From an uncultured Bacilli bacterium (GTDB taxonomy: Bacteria; Bacillota_I; Bacilli_A; RF39; UBA660): 64,000 nt of DNA. Shown piece by piece: positions 38,177-48,043 of this stretch (positions are counted from its first letter, which is position 1; each line of letters opens with the position of its first letter). The position numbers and the translations under genes are program-made. Below the pieces are notes generated by a model. That model worked only from the letters and a program-made list of their open reading frames with translations, was not told the origin of the DNA and did not search any database. The stretch is taken from contig CANRPL010000001.1 in the NCBI GenBank assembly GCA_947632495.1, positions 997-64,996 on the forward strand, given 5' to 3'.

Positions 38177-39301
38177 ATGTTAGTAGAGCAATATAACCAA
38201 ATGACTAAAGAAAATGCTGATCCAAGATTAGAACGATATTTAAATACAGCAACTATGAGGCGACTTCAAGGTAAAGGTACTTTTTGTGGTATGGATTATG
38301 TTAATATTCCCACATTAAGACCTATCGAGTATTATTCAAGACTGGAACATTCCAAAAATGTAGCTTATACGACATCATCAATGTATCGTGATGAACGTGA
38401 TGAATATTTTAAAGTTGCTTTGGCCGGTTTATTTCATGATGTTGGTACTAAATGTTTTGCACACGCTAATTCTTATCGAACTGGTGATATCTTAAAACAA
38501 GAAAATGATGAATTAGATGTAAAAAGTATTTTAATGCGTGATGAAGAATTATTAACATATCTTAAAGAGGATGGTATTGCTTTAGATGATGTAGTAGATT
38601 ATGCTAATTATCCTATCTTGGATAAACCGATTCCAGCTCTTTGTATGGACCGTTTGGATGGTGGCATATTAGGTACATGCCTTTTTTGGGCGCATACTCA
38701 CTCTTTTGAAGAAATAAAAGAGTTGTGGTTAATGGTGGGATATTTAGAAAATACTAATGGTATGTGTATTGACCAAACGAGTGAGAGATGCCGCAATTTT
38801 ACGGGTGAAATGGTTATATCAGAAGGTCAGGAGACAGCTTCTTTTGAGGACTTCTTTAGAGCCATTCACGTCTATAGCAGTTTATTACTTTCTAAAGAAA
38901 GTAGATATATGATGGAAGTTCTAGGACTTACTTTAAACTACTATGAAGATGTTGGTGTCATCGATGAAGATATAATGTTTCACTTGAGTGAACAAGAGGT
39001 AATTAATAGAATTTTAGATAGTCCTTTTAAAGATGTATGGCGCGATGTCACATCATTTGACTGCGTTAGATACGCTCGTGGAATAAATGATGGATTAACT
39101 TTTATTTCTAAACCTAAAATAAGGCAATGTAATCCTTTAGTCCTTTCGGCGCATTTAAATTTGTGTGAAATAGATGGCATATCAGGCGATTTTTATAGGC
39201 AATTAAATCCTTTAGATGATGCTATTAGATTAACGGATAGACCAATCACGGGTAATTTAAGTAATCATACCGTAAAGGTATTGTCAAAATATAAAAAATA
39301 A
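38177..39301 (+). CDS. HD-domain protein with dGTPase/SAMHD1-like motifs (putative dNTP triphosphohydrolase-like)
   Basis: ATG 38177 with GGGGAG RBS. RLEHSKNVAYTT...LAGLFHDVGTKCFAHA fits H..HD[IV]G..[PC]F.H, and the later CMDRLDGG fits D.LDY. Confidence 0.5.
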   Translation: MLVEQYNQMTKENADPRLERYLNTATMRRLQGKGTFCGMDYVNIPTLRPIEYYSRLEHSKNVAYTTSSMYRDERDEYFKVALAGLFHDVGTKCFAHANSYRTGDILKQENDELDVKSILMRDEELLTYLKEDGIALDDVVDYANYPILDKPIPALCMDRLDGGILGTCLFWAHTHSFEEIKELWLMVGYLENTNGMCIDQTSERCRNFTGEMVISEGQETASFEDFFRAIHVYSSLLLSKESRYMMEVLGLTLNYYEDVGVIDEDIMFHLSEQEVINRILDSPFKDVWRDVTSFDCVRYARGINDGLTFISKPKIRQCNPLVLSAHLNLCEIDGISGDFYRQLNPLDDAIRLTDRPITGNLSNHTVKVLSKYKK

Positions 39302-39342
39302 ATATTTATTTACATCTAACAAATTAATGAAAGGAAGATAAT

Positions 39343-40308
39343 ATGAGTCTTACTGAAAAATTTTTAAAATCCATAACTTATTCGGCTGGATATACTTATG
39401 AAAAAAGTGGCTATGGGCTTATCCTAATTCCTAGTATTGAACAACAATATTATATGCCTTTAATTATCATCAAGGATTGTTTAGCGTTTGAACAAGCCTT
39501 AATGGAATATGCCAAAGTTATTGACAGTTTATCTTTAACCTTTTATCAAACAACAAAAGAACATCCCATTGAAGATTATTTGTTTTATTTGATTAAGAGT
39601 TTGACAAATGAAGATTGCTCCGATTTAACCAGTTATGTTATCCGTTTTACTAAATATTTAAATGATACTTTTTTTTCAGAGTTAATATTTAAAAAGACAA
39701 TTGGTGAGCTTGGTGAATATAAAATTATGGCTCGTAAATGTGAAGAATACTATGGCGCTGAAACACCTTTTACTATGCATTATTATTTAGATAAACCTGG
39801 TCTTAGATTTGAGATGCCACTGATTAGATATGGCTTAACTCCTGATAAGAAAGCTTATATATATTCCGTTCAAAGAAAAAGACTTTACAATAATCGAAAT
39901 AGGCGGATTAAATCTATAAATACTTTATTAAACAAAGTTAATAGTGGTGTTAAAGAAGATCGCAACATTACGCCAGCTATGTTATGTTCAATTACTTTAT
40001 TTATGGGTATGCTAGAAAGTGAAGGCATCAGCGATATTATGGTAGATGGCTTTTTAACACGCCGATATGGATATTTAGATGGGCTTACAACTGATGATGA
40101 AAGAGATACTGTTTTAAGTAATTCGGTTGATAAGTTTTTTCGATTATTTATACGACTACAAGCCCAATTTGAAGATGTCAACATTTCAGCTTATCCTTTT
40201 GAAGTTGATAGCTATATGCATATAAAATTAGGATCAAATATTTATTCTAATAATGAATTGTTAAATGCATTATATGATGTTGGTAAAACATATAAGTTAA
40301 AAAAATAA
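39343..40308 (+). CDS. Hypothetical protein (321 aa)
   Basis: AAGGAAG RBS; no recognised domain. Co-directional with the HD gene, 41 nt downstream. Confidence 0.5.
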   Translation: MSLTEKFLKSITYSAGYTYEKSGYGLILIPSIEQQYYMPLIIIKDCLAFEQALMEYAKVIDSLSLTFYQTTKEHPIEDYLFYLIKSLTNEDCSDLTSYVIRFTKYLNDTFFSELIFKKTIGELGEYKIMARKCEEYYGAETPFTMHYYLDKPGLRFEMPLIRYGLTPDKKAYIYSVQRKRLYNNRNRRIKSINTLLNKVNSGVKEDRNITPAMLCSITLFMGMLESEGISDIMVDGFLTRRYGYLDGLTTDDERDTVLSNSVDKFFRLFIRLQAQFEDVNISAYPFEVDSYMHIKLGSNIYSNNELLNALYDVGKTYKLKK

Positions 40309-40327
40309 GATTAAAGGAGTGGTTCAA

Positions 40328-40750
40328 GTGGCTCTGCCTTTTAAAAGCGAAGTTGTTAACGAACAAGAATACACTAGTTATAATTTTATTCATCCACATT
40401 TTATTGGTTATTTAGATCCATATGGTGAACCTTTAGATTATAGTCGACCACTTGGATATGGTGGCCATGATGATAATGTATTAACGACTTATTTCGAGTA
40501 TTATTTCCGTATGCCATCTAATTCTTTATATCTTAAACAATTTGAAAATATTGACGCTATTGATATGGAAGATGAACAAGATGATGCAAAAGATCGAAGA
40601 GAATATTTTAAGGAACGAATTATAAAGAGTCAAGAACGAGCTTCCTTAAGACGCAAATATGGTATAACGGCTTCTGTCTTTAATCTTTTTGAAACTAATC
40701 TCGATATTTTTTTCTATAATTGTTATCAAGCACCAACTTTTATGGAATGA
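40328..40750 (+). CDS. Hypothetical protein (about 140 aa)
   Basis: GTG start 8 nt after AAAGGAG; the ORF-track start 40319 is the GTG embedded in the RBS. Tyr-rich and acidic, no domain. Confidence 0.45.
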   Translation: MALPFKSEVVNEQEYTSYNFIHPHFIGYLDPYGEPLDYSRPLGYGGHDDNVLTTYFEYYFRMPSNSLYLKQFENIDAIDMEDEQDDAKDRREYFKERIIKSQERASLRRKYGITASVFNLFETNLDIFFYNCYQAPTFME

Positions 40751-40765
40751 TTTGGACAAAATTGT

Positions 40766-41215
40766 ATGATTTTAAATGAATCAGAGTTTTATAAAAAATA
40801 TTGTGAAGGAAATAAAAGGTATCAGCAATTACCTGACGAAAGTTTAGAAAAGTATCAAGAACGATATAGCCGTTTATTTAACCATGATTATTATTGGTAT
40901 AAGAAAAGAACTATGCTTGATTGGTATAAAACAGTAATAGTTCAGTATATGCATTATCATTTAGTCGAAAGATGTTCTAGGGGAATAACAACTAGTGATG
41001 TTCATCCTAATGAAACATTTTATAATTATCTATTGAATGATTATGAAGTCCATCAAATACCAAGAATGATATACGATAGTTCAAAAAAAATGTATGTTCC
41101 ATATATCCAAAGCCCTTTCTTAATTCCAGATAGTGAGAAAAGATTGGCCGAAGAAATAAAAGCAATCAAAAAAAGGACTTTAAGAGCGGAACGTGAGAGA
41201 TATTATCGAAGTTAG
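40766..41215 (+). CDS. Hypothetical protein (149 aa)
   Basis: Starts 15 nt after the previous stop. Tyr/Trp-rich, no domain. Confidence 0.45.
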   Translation: MILNESEFYKKYCEGNKRYQQLPDESLEKYQERYSRLFNHDYYWYKKRTMLDWYKTVIVQYMHYHLVERCSRGITTSDVHPNETFYNYLLNDYEVHQIPRMIYDSSKKMYVPYIQSPFLIPDSEKRLAEEIKAIKKRTLRAERERYYRS

Positions 41216-41346
41216 TTTTAATGAATACTAAATTGCTATTTTTTATAATATAACATGATAGGTAAGTATTTAAATATTTAAAATTATAATTGATATTTAA
41301 ATTGTCAATATGTTATAATAAGAAACAATTTATGGAGAGTGATATA

Positions 41347-42192
41347 ATGTCCGTTTTAATGGTTAATGAACGTCTTAAATCGATAGAGTATTTAACGAGT
41401 CAATATACCTTGAATATGCCAACTACGTATGATTTAGAGGTTGCCGATTTTACGATTGGCCGTTTAGAACAATTGAAAGGCCTTAAAGAGCCAGCTTTAA
41501 ATCGCGCTGATTTTAATATTGTTATGGATAAAGTTGGTGAAAATATGAAATTCTTCTTTGGACCTGATATTTATGAAGCTTATCTTCAAAAGATAAAGAA
41601 TAGGAATGCTTTTATAGATCGTCATAATCGTAGTGGCGCTTATAATACCAGTTTTTCATATAGTCTAAATCCATGCACTATGTCTATTCCATCGTGGCCT
41701 GATGAGACATCACATATTTTTATTGGTCATGAATGTATTCATGTTTTAAAGGATGGAAATAATCCTGATGAATGGAGTGATCTACTTACTTATTCGGAAG
41801 TTTTACCATTTCTTTATGAGTTAATGCAAAATCAAAAAGAATCTAAAAATGTTGCTTACCAAAGTATTAGATTAACACTATATGGACTATTAGAACGTTA
41901 TCACAAAACAGTGACACCTAAAATCCTTGCTAATCTAAGTGATAAGGATAATTATATGGCTTATCGCTCTTATGATTTGTACTATTATTTATCTTATTAT
42001 TATGCTGCAATTTTATATTCTCTTTATGAGAAATATCCTAAAGATGTATTAGAACTTTTTAATAGCGTTTTGCGTCACGAAATGACAACTCGAGATATGC
42101 TTACTTATTTTGACTTATTAGATAAAAGACATGATGATGAATTTGCCGAAGGCTTTAGTTATGCCTTAAAGAAGGGAAACATATCTTTATGA
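41347..42192 (+). CDS. Hypothetical protein with an HExxH motif (possible zinc metallopeptidase)
   Basis: Extended -10 TGtTATAAT at 41311-41319; GGAGAG RBS 7 nt before ATG 41347. Contains SWPDETSHIFIGHECIHVLKDG (HECIH). Confidence 0.45.
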   Translation: MSVLMVNERLKSIEYLTSQYTLNMPTTYDLEVADFTIGRLEQLKGLKEPALNRADFNIVMDKVGENMKFFFGPDIYEAYLQKIKNRNAFIDRHNRSGAYNTSFSYSLNPCTMSIPSWPDETSHIFIGHECIHVLKDGNNPDEWSDLLTYSEVLPFLYELMQNQKESKNVAYQSIRLTLYGLLERYHKTVTPKILANLSDKDNYMAYRSYDLYYYLSYYYAAILYSLYEKYPKDVLELFNSVLRHEMTTRDMLTYFDLLDKRHDDEFAEGFSYALKKGNISL

Positions 42193-42974
42193 ACGATGAT
42201 ATAAAACCTAATTACGAAACTAAAGTAAATAAATTGTTAGAACCGATGCTAAAAATATTGAATACGAAAAATATTTATCGTGGTATTCATACTATGTTGG
42301 TAGGAGATGAACTTTACTGTATTTTTGAGCAAACTTATTTGAGTGAATCTAATCGTGTTATTTTAAGAAAAATAAGTTATGTATATAGTAATGTCTTTTT
42401 CTTTAGCGATGATATAGATGCACCTTCTCGTGATTGTCTAGTTTATTGGGCTCCGGTTGGATATTGTGATGAATCATCTTTAATTGAGGAAATTAAAAAG
42501 AAAAAAGCTGTTGTTCTAAAACTAAATATAAGTGATCATGTCGCTGTCATGGGAACGACGATAATGCTTGCTAAAGCTTTACAGGAGCAAGATCCTTTAG
42601 CGCTTCCAAGGGAAAATAATGTCTATTCAGCTGATGAGCTTAAAAGACATGATCATTATGAAGAACAACGTCCTGATACTAAATGGATGACCATTGCCAT
42701 CTTTTTAGATAAAGAAAATCCTTTAAGAGATAATCCATATGCTCCTTTTGCTTCTATATGTGATCTAAATTCTACCATCGCTTGTGATAATGTTGTCGGT
42801 ACTATTTTTGCTGGTTATAAAGAAAAAACAATGATTATATTTGATTGTAATCGAAGTGAATTAGAAGAGGCTATTATTGAATATTATATGCCATATGATA
42901 GCGCTTCAAACATACCAGAGGATAGTAAAAAATTATTGCTTGAGAGAATAATGAAAAGTCAAGATAGTAATTAA
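42189..42974 (+). CDS. Hypothetical protein (261 aa)
   Basis: Its start overlaps the previous stop (ATGA), so it is translationally coupled. No domain. Confidence 0.45.
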   Translation: MNDDIKPNYETKVNKLLEPMLKILNTKNIYRGIHTMLVGDELYCIFEQTYLSESNRVILRKISYVYSNVFFFSDDIDAPSRDCLVYWAPVGYCDESSLIEEIKKKKAVVLKLNISDHVAVMGTTIMLAKALQEQDPLALPRENNVYSADELKRHDHYEEQRPDTKWMTIAIFLDKENPLRDNPYAPFASICDLNSTIACDNVVGTIFAGYKEKTMIIFDCNRSELEEAIIEYYMPYDSASNIPEDSKKLLLERIMKSQDSN

Positions 42975-43000
42975 AGATAGTAATTAATACTATCTTTTTT
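42973..43000 (+). terminator. Rho-independent terminator
   Basis: Stem AAAGATAGTA-attaa-TACTATCTTT followed by a T-run. Confidence 0.5.
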
Positions 43001-43042
43001 ATTAACTATTAGAAAATAAGCATATAATTTTTTGGTGATAAA

Positions 43043-43477
43043 ATGTTAAATGATGATCAGATTGGTCTTATAATTGAAGCGATGCTTAATAAGTTTAGTG
43101 ACGTTTATTTAACACCTAAATATTTTGGATCTTATCCTAATCCTTATGCGGAAGCTCTTTATATGTTTACTAATGGTTATTGCGCCATTTTTGCAGCTAG
43201 TTTAAAAGAGGTTATTCCAAGTAGTGAGTACTATGTATGTAATAAACATATTGTTTTAAAAATAGATGCTGCTTTTTATGATGCGAGGGGATATATCCCA
43301 TTAGAAGAACTGGCGAGTGATTTATATCCTATTAATGATATTTTCGAAGTTCCAAGCCTTTTACCATATGATTATTTAACGACGGATAAAGTCAAGTTTT
43401 ATGATGATATGATTAGTTCGATGATAGAAGCAGGAACTTCATACATCAACAAACGTGGCTGGCAAAAATATAAATAA
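43043..43477 (+). CDS. Hypothetical protein (144 aa)
   Basis: GGTGA RBS; no domain. Confidence 0.45.
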   Translation: MLNDDQIGLIIEAMLNKFSDVYLTPKYFGSYPNPYAEALYMFTNGYCAIFAASLKEVIPSSEYYVCNKHIVLKIDAAFYDARGYIPLEELASDLYPINDIFEVPSLLPYDYLTTDKVKFYDDMISSMIEAGTSYINKRGWQKYK

Positions 43478-43524
43478 TACTTGCATAAACTAATGTATTA
43501 TAAGATAATAATAGTGGTGATAGG

Positions 43525-44058
43525 ATGGATAAAGCATCTTTACGTAAAAAATATTTAATGTTGCGTAGCCAAATTGATAATCGGGATATAAAAGATAAAA
43601 ATATTTATAATAAAGTTATCAATGATGATCATGTTATGAAAGCCGATACTATTTTGACATACGTATCTTACCATAGTGAGGTAGATACATATCAGTTAAT
43701 TAATTATTTTCTTTCACATGGTAAAAAAGTAGCCGTTCCTAAAGTAGAAAGGCATAATTTAGTTTTTTATTATATTAATAGTTTGAATGACTTAAAAAAG
43801 GGAAGTTATGGTATTATGGAACCTACGACGAATGAACCAGTTGCTGATTTAACCAATGCAGTTTCCTTAACACCGGCTCTTTGTTATACGAAAGATGGTA
43901 ATCGCCTAGGCTATGGTGGTGGTTATTATGATCGTTACTATGAAAATCATCAACTATTTAAGATAGGATTATGCTACTGCGCTTTAATTGCCAATCATCT
44001 ACCTACTGAGGTAAATGATATTAGAGTTGATTTACTTATAACCGAGGAGGATTTATGA
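43525..44058 (+). CDS. 5-formyltetrahydrofolate cyclo-ligase
   Basis: ILTYVSYHSEVDT, KVAVPKV and GYGGGYYDRY match MTHFS/YgfA-family motifs. Confidence 0.75.
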   Translation: MDKASLRKKYLMLRSQIDNRDIKDKNIYNKVINDDHVMKADTILTYVSYHSEVDTYQLINYFLSHGKKVAVPKVERHNLVFYYINSLNDLKKGSYGIMEPTTNEPVADLTNAVSLTPALCYTKDGNRLGYGGGYYDRYYENHQLFKIGLCYCALIANHLPTEVNDIRVDLLITEEDL

Positions 44059-44492
44059 TATTATATCAGGGAAAAACATTTGAAATTGTCTTTTGTGAGT
44101 GGTGTCAGGAATTTCCTGGACAATGTATAATTTCATGCTCAAAAGAGGCATTGAGTGATCTTTCAAATGAAGATTGGATAGAGTTAGGGAAATTAGAAAG
44201 AGAACTTGAAAGGGTTTGTAAAAAAGTTTTTAAGGCGACAATGTTTAATTTTGCTTGTCTTATGAATAATGCTTATCGCGATCACAAAACACCTCACGTT
44301 CACTTTCAGTTCATACCACGTTATCAAGATAGAGTAGTTATTTTAGGTCATACTTATATTGATAGACATTTTGGCTATAATATGTGGAAGTGGGCTTTAA
44401 GTAAATTTAAAGCTCAAAAAGATATTTTTACCAAAGAAGAAAAATTACAAATGTATAATATGATGAAAGCCGAAATTGAAAACGACCTATAA
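44055..44492 (+). CDS. HIT-superfamily protein (GalT-like branch, HxHxQ)
   Basis: N-terminal CEWCQ zinc-like motif and PHVHFQFIPR (H-phi-H-phi-Q). GAGGAGG RBS; the start overlaps the upstream stop. Confidence 0.5.
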   Translation: MILYQGKTFEIVFCEWCQEFPGQCIISCSKEALSDLSNEDWIELGKLERELERVCKKVFKATMFNFACLMNNAYRDHKTPHVHFQFIPRYQDRVVILGHTYIDRHFGYNMWKWALSKFKAQKDIFTKEEKLQMYNMMKAEIENDL

Positions 44493-45395
44493 GGCCGTTT
44501 CTTTTTTGGTAAAATTAATTTTATAGAAAAGAATTGATAAGATACTTATAATAGCAGAACTAAAGAAGAATATCCATAAAGTACTAGTAATTGAAGATAA
44601 GATATAAGGAATAACCTCTTGTAAAGATGACATATCTTTACTAAAATTATTTATTATTGGCATAACAACAAATTTCGCCACTAAAAGGAGTAGGGCATAG
44701 ATAGTTGAAATAACAAAGATATATTTGGCCCATTTTTTAGCTTTAAGATTTAAGATAATAAGAATCATTAACAATATTACCGCACCGCCAATTAATAAAT
44801 ATGATGTTTGGGGGTTAGTTACCGTTACAATAACATTGGTTACATCTTTTAATGTAAGACTTTTATAAACGATAATCTCTTCTTGTTTAACATCGTGCAT
44901 TAAATCTTTAGCTTTAGGTAGAAGACTAATAATATCATCACCATGTTTATCGATATATTTATCGACACTTTCTTTATTTTTTTCAATAAAGTCTTTACCC
45001 CAAGATGGCATTTCTTCTTTGATAATAGGTACATTTTTATTTATTAAATTTTTAATATCTTCTTTAGTAATAGGTATTTCTTCGTCACTACCTAAAAGAT
45101 AAGAGGTTGCGTTAGCGACATAGATACCGATGAAATCTTTGGTGCCTTCAGAGTTAGCTATTTTATCAAAAGTTTTATCAGATATACCTAGAAAGCCTAA
45201 AGCTTCTTTAATAATATCTGTAAAACTTATTTTATCCATTATTTGTTTACCTAGCCCTTCATCTACTTCTATCTTTGTTACTATTTTTCTGATATAGGTT
45301 GGCCTAAATTCTTTTTTAGCGACTCTAACAAAGGTAAAAGCTAATATATCAACCATAATTAAAAGACTAAGTAAGATACTAATTATTTTTTTCAT
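44487..45395 (-). CDS. Membrane protein, uncharacterised
   Basis: N-terminal signal anchor and 3-4 C-terminal TM helices. Convergent with the HIT-like gene; an imperfect hairpin (GAAAACGACC...GGCCGTTTC followed by a T-run) spans the overlap. Confidence 0.5.
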   Translation of the reverse strand: MKKIISILLSLLIMVDILAFTFVRVAKKEFRPTYIRKIVTKIEVDEGLGKQIMDKISFTDIIKEALGFLGISDKTFDKIANSEGTKDFIGIYVANATSYLLGSDEEIPITKEDIKNLINKNVPIIKEEMPSWGKDFIEKNKESVDKYIDKHGDDIISLLPKAKDLMHDVKQEEIIVYKSLTLKDVTNVIVTVTNPQTSYLLIGGAVILLMILIILNLKAKKWAKYIFVISTIYALLLLVAKFVVMPIINNFSKDMSSLQEVIPYILSSITSTLWIFFFSSAIISILSILFYKINFTKKETAL

Positions 45396-45506
45396 TAAAT
45401 CACTCCCATGTTTTTTTCATAATAACATACAAATCATTTAGTGTAAAGATAATTTGAAAAAAAGAAATATGTATGTTAATATAGACGATAATTTTAGGTG
45501 ATAAAA

Positions 45507-46769
45507 ATGAGTCTTATCGTTAAAGAAGAAGGAGAGATTAACTTTTTATCCACAGTTGAGCTCTTCATTAGTTTAGTCGTTTTTAGAATGCGTTTAGAGA
45601 AAGCTAACCTTCCTCGATTTAATATTGCTTTTTCTAAAGAAGGATTATCTTTTCTTGAAGACATTAAAGATAATTGCCCGCCTTTTCATGATTGGCCAAT
45701 TAAAAGTCGTGACATTGATCGCATAAAAGAGTTTAATCCCGATCTTCCAACTATTATGGTCAAAAATCATTATCTTTTTTTCTTTAACATGTATAAGTTA
45801 TCCCTTAATTATATTGCTTATCAACATCATTATAGCGAAAGATCAGCTGATGCTTTACAAATTGATTTATTAGAAAAAATATGGCTTCGTATGATACCCA
45901 ATGATTTAAACAATATTGAAGACTTTTTATATCGTGAAGCCAAAGCTTATCAAGATGATACTTTTCGCTTTATTGATGATTGGACTAAAGTTGGTACTCT
46001 TTTAAACTATGATATCAAAGTTAAAAATACTTCCGGTACGTTATATGATGAAAATGTAAATGAGATGCATATTAGAATATATGATGGTGATGAATACCAT
46101 AGTTTACCAAGAATTCATTATGATGTTATCGGTGATACGTGCTATATCGGGGCTATTCAATCGGAAAAAGATGATACTCATTATTTAAAGGATTTTAAAC
46201 GAATGCTTTATCGTTTAAATAATCAGGTCTTTGATAGTGAAAGTAAAGAGTACCATGCTTATAAAAAGGGAGAAAGTGATTATTATCCCGAAAATATCAG
46301 TGATGTACATCCTAACTTTATTATGGCTTTAACTATATTTTTTGACTTATTATCATCCCAGGGAATAACTAAAGTAAAGGTACCTTTTCTCCACGTTTTA
46401 TCATATGACCATCACCATCTTTTGAGTCAGGAATATGAAAAATATTTTACGCAAATGCATGGCTCTTATGAAATGTATGCCCATAAGAGTAAAGAAGAGT
46501 TAAAAAGACTTTTTGCTTATGATAATTATGAATATGAGACCTTTATGGCAAATAAGAAGTTATATGATCATTATGTGGGTAAAGAAGATTTTATAAGTAG
46601 AGCTAAAACAGAAAATTTAATTCGTCTTTTTCGAAGAATGCAATTTCACTTTCCAGATATTGTCATTAAAACAGAGACACCATTAGAAGGGGATTATATG
46701 ATATTATATATTCCAGTTAATAGTAAGACAAAACAAATAAGTAAACAATTAATTAAAAAATCTTCCTAA
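45507..46769 (+). CDS. Hypothetical protein (420 aa)
   Basis: AGGTGA RBS 6 nt before ATG 45507. No domain recognised. Confidence 0.5.
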   Translation: MSLIVKEEGEINFLSTVELFISLVVFRMRLEKANLPRFNIAFSKEGLSFLEDIKDNCPPFHDWPIKSRDIDRIKEFNPDLPTIMVKNHYLFFFNMYKLSLNYIAYQHHYSERSADALQIDLLEKIWLRMIPNDLNNIEDFLYREAKAYQDDTFRFIDDWTKVGTLLNYDIKVKNTSGTLYDENVNEMHIRIYDGDEYHSLPRIHYDVIGDTCYIGAIQSEKDDTHYLKDFKRMLYRLNNQVFDSESKEYHAYKKGESDYYPENISDVHPNFIMALTIFFDLLSSQGITKVKVPFLHVLSYDHHHLLSQEYEKYFTQMHGSYEMYAHKSKEELKRLFAYDNYEYETFMANKKLYDHYVGKEDFISRAKTENLIRLFRRMQFHFPDIVIKTETPLEGDYMILYIPVNSKTKQISKQLIKKSS

Positions 46770-46814
46770 AAAATGTGTTATAATGAATATGATAAGATTC
46801 TAGGAGGTTATGAT

Positions 46815-47192
46815 ATGAACTGTCCAATATGTGGATTTAATAATATGCCAGGTAATGTTAATTGCGCTAATTGCGGTAATGCATTACCTAATAATCAAGG
46901 AGCGCCTTTAGGTAGTATAACAATAATTAGACCAAATAATTTTTTTGGATCTCTTGTCGATTATGACGTTTTTGTTGATGGCTATCTTTTAGGAAGTGTA
47001 CCTAATGGAACACAAGTTGTCTTTCCACTATACTATGGTAATCATCAAGTCGAAATTAAGCAGGGGATGAATAGTGGTACGCAAAATATCACTATCAGTA
47101 ATGATGAACGTCATTTAGTATTTGAATGTCCAATTAAAGTTGGCTTTTGGAAATCGACTATTTTATTTAATTTTATTAGTTTTCATAATTAA
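46815..47192 (+). CDS. Zinc-ribbon protein
   Basis: AGGAGG RBS. N-terminal CPICG...CANCG double CxxC. Confidence 0.5.
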   Translation: MNCPICGFNNMPGNVNCANCGNALPNNQGAPLGSITIIRPNNFFGSLVDYDVFVDGYLLGSVPNGTQVVFPLYYGNHQVEIKQGMNSGTQNITISNDERHLVFECPIKVGFWKSTILFNFISFHN

Positions 47193-47251
47193 ATATTCTG
47201 TAAAGAATATTTTTTATTTTTATATCTTATTAAAAAAATGTTAAAAACATA

Positions 47252-47290
47252 TTGACAAATATTTTTGTTTTTAATATAATGTTAGTAACA
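47252..47290 (+). promoter_or_regulatory. Consensus promoter (TTGACA-17-TATAAT) with an overlapping palindrome TGTTAGTAACA; candidate NrtR operator for the pncA-pncB-nudix-nadE operon
   Basis: -35 at 47252-47257, -10 at 47275-47280, and a 5-1-5 palindrome at 47280-47290. The 28-nt stretch TTTTTAATATAATGTTAGTAACAAGAG recurs almost exactly at the nadD promoter. Confidence 0.55.
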
Positions 47291-47356
47291 AGAGATAAAA
47301 CTCTTTAAAATTTTATTTTTAGTTATTAATAGAATGATAATAAGAGGAGGAATATT

Positions 47357-48022
47357 ATGATAAAAAATAAAATGCAAAAGGTAGAAATAAAGGATATTGA
47401 GGAGTTAGTTATTGCGGTTGATTTAGTAAATGGCTTTGTTAAAGAAGGCGCGTTAGCTGATCCATATATTCAACATATTGTACCAGCGGCCAAGAAATAT
47501 ATGCAGGATGCTTTAACCGATGAGCATAAAGCGGTAGCGGTTATCCGTGAAAATCACACAAAAGAGGCGATGGAGTTTAAAAATTATCCACCTCACTGTT
47601 TAGCAGGTACTTGGGAAGCAGCTTTGATTATTGAATTAGTACAGTTAGAACCATATTGTTATGAGTTCTTTAAAAATTCAACATGTGCGATGTGGGCACC
47701 AGGCTTTTTAGAATTTATTAAAGAGGTTATTAAAAACCCTAAATTTAGAAAGTTTACTATTGTCGGTTGTTGTACCGATATATGTGTTATGGATGTAGCT
47801 ATACCACTTAAGAAGTTATGTGATGAGTTAGATATTGACATCGATGTCGTCGTTCCGAAAGAAGCTGTTGAAACATATGAGACGAAACCTAATGTTTATG
47901 ATGGAGATAAGCTTATTGAAGTAGGTATTCACGATCGTCAAGAATATAATGACATGGCTTTTAAGTTTATGATGCAAGCTGGGGTTAAAATAGAAGAACC
48001 AAAAGTAAAGGTATATCACTAG
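47357..48022 (+). CDS. pncA: Isochorismatase-family cysteine hydrolase, probable nicotinamidase
   Basis: VIAVDLVNGF..., a catalytic Cys region (TIVGCCTDICV), and a position directly upstream of pncB. Confidence 0.65.
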   Translation: MIKNKMQKVEIKDIEELVIAVDLVNGFVKEGALADPYIQHIVPAAKKYMQDALTDEHKAVAVIRENHTKEAMEFKNYPPHCLAGTWEAALIIELVQLEPYCYEFFKNSTCAMWAPGFLEFIKEVIKNPKFRKFTIVGCCTDICVMDVAIPLKKLCDELDIDIDVVVPKEAVETYETKPNVYDGDKLIEVGIHDRQEYNDMAFKFMMQAGVKIEEPKVKVYH

Positions 48023-48043
48023 TTAGTAGAAAGAAGGAATATT

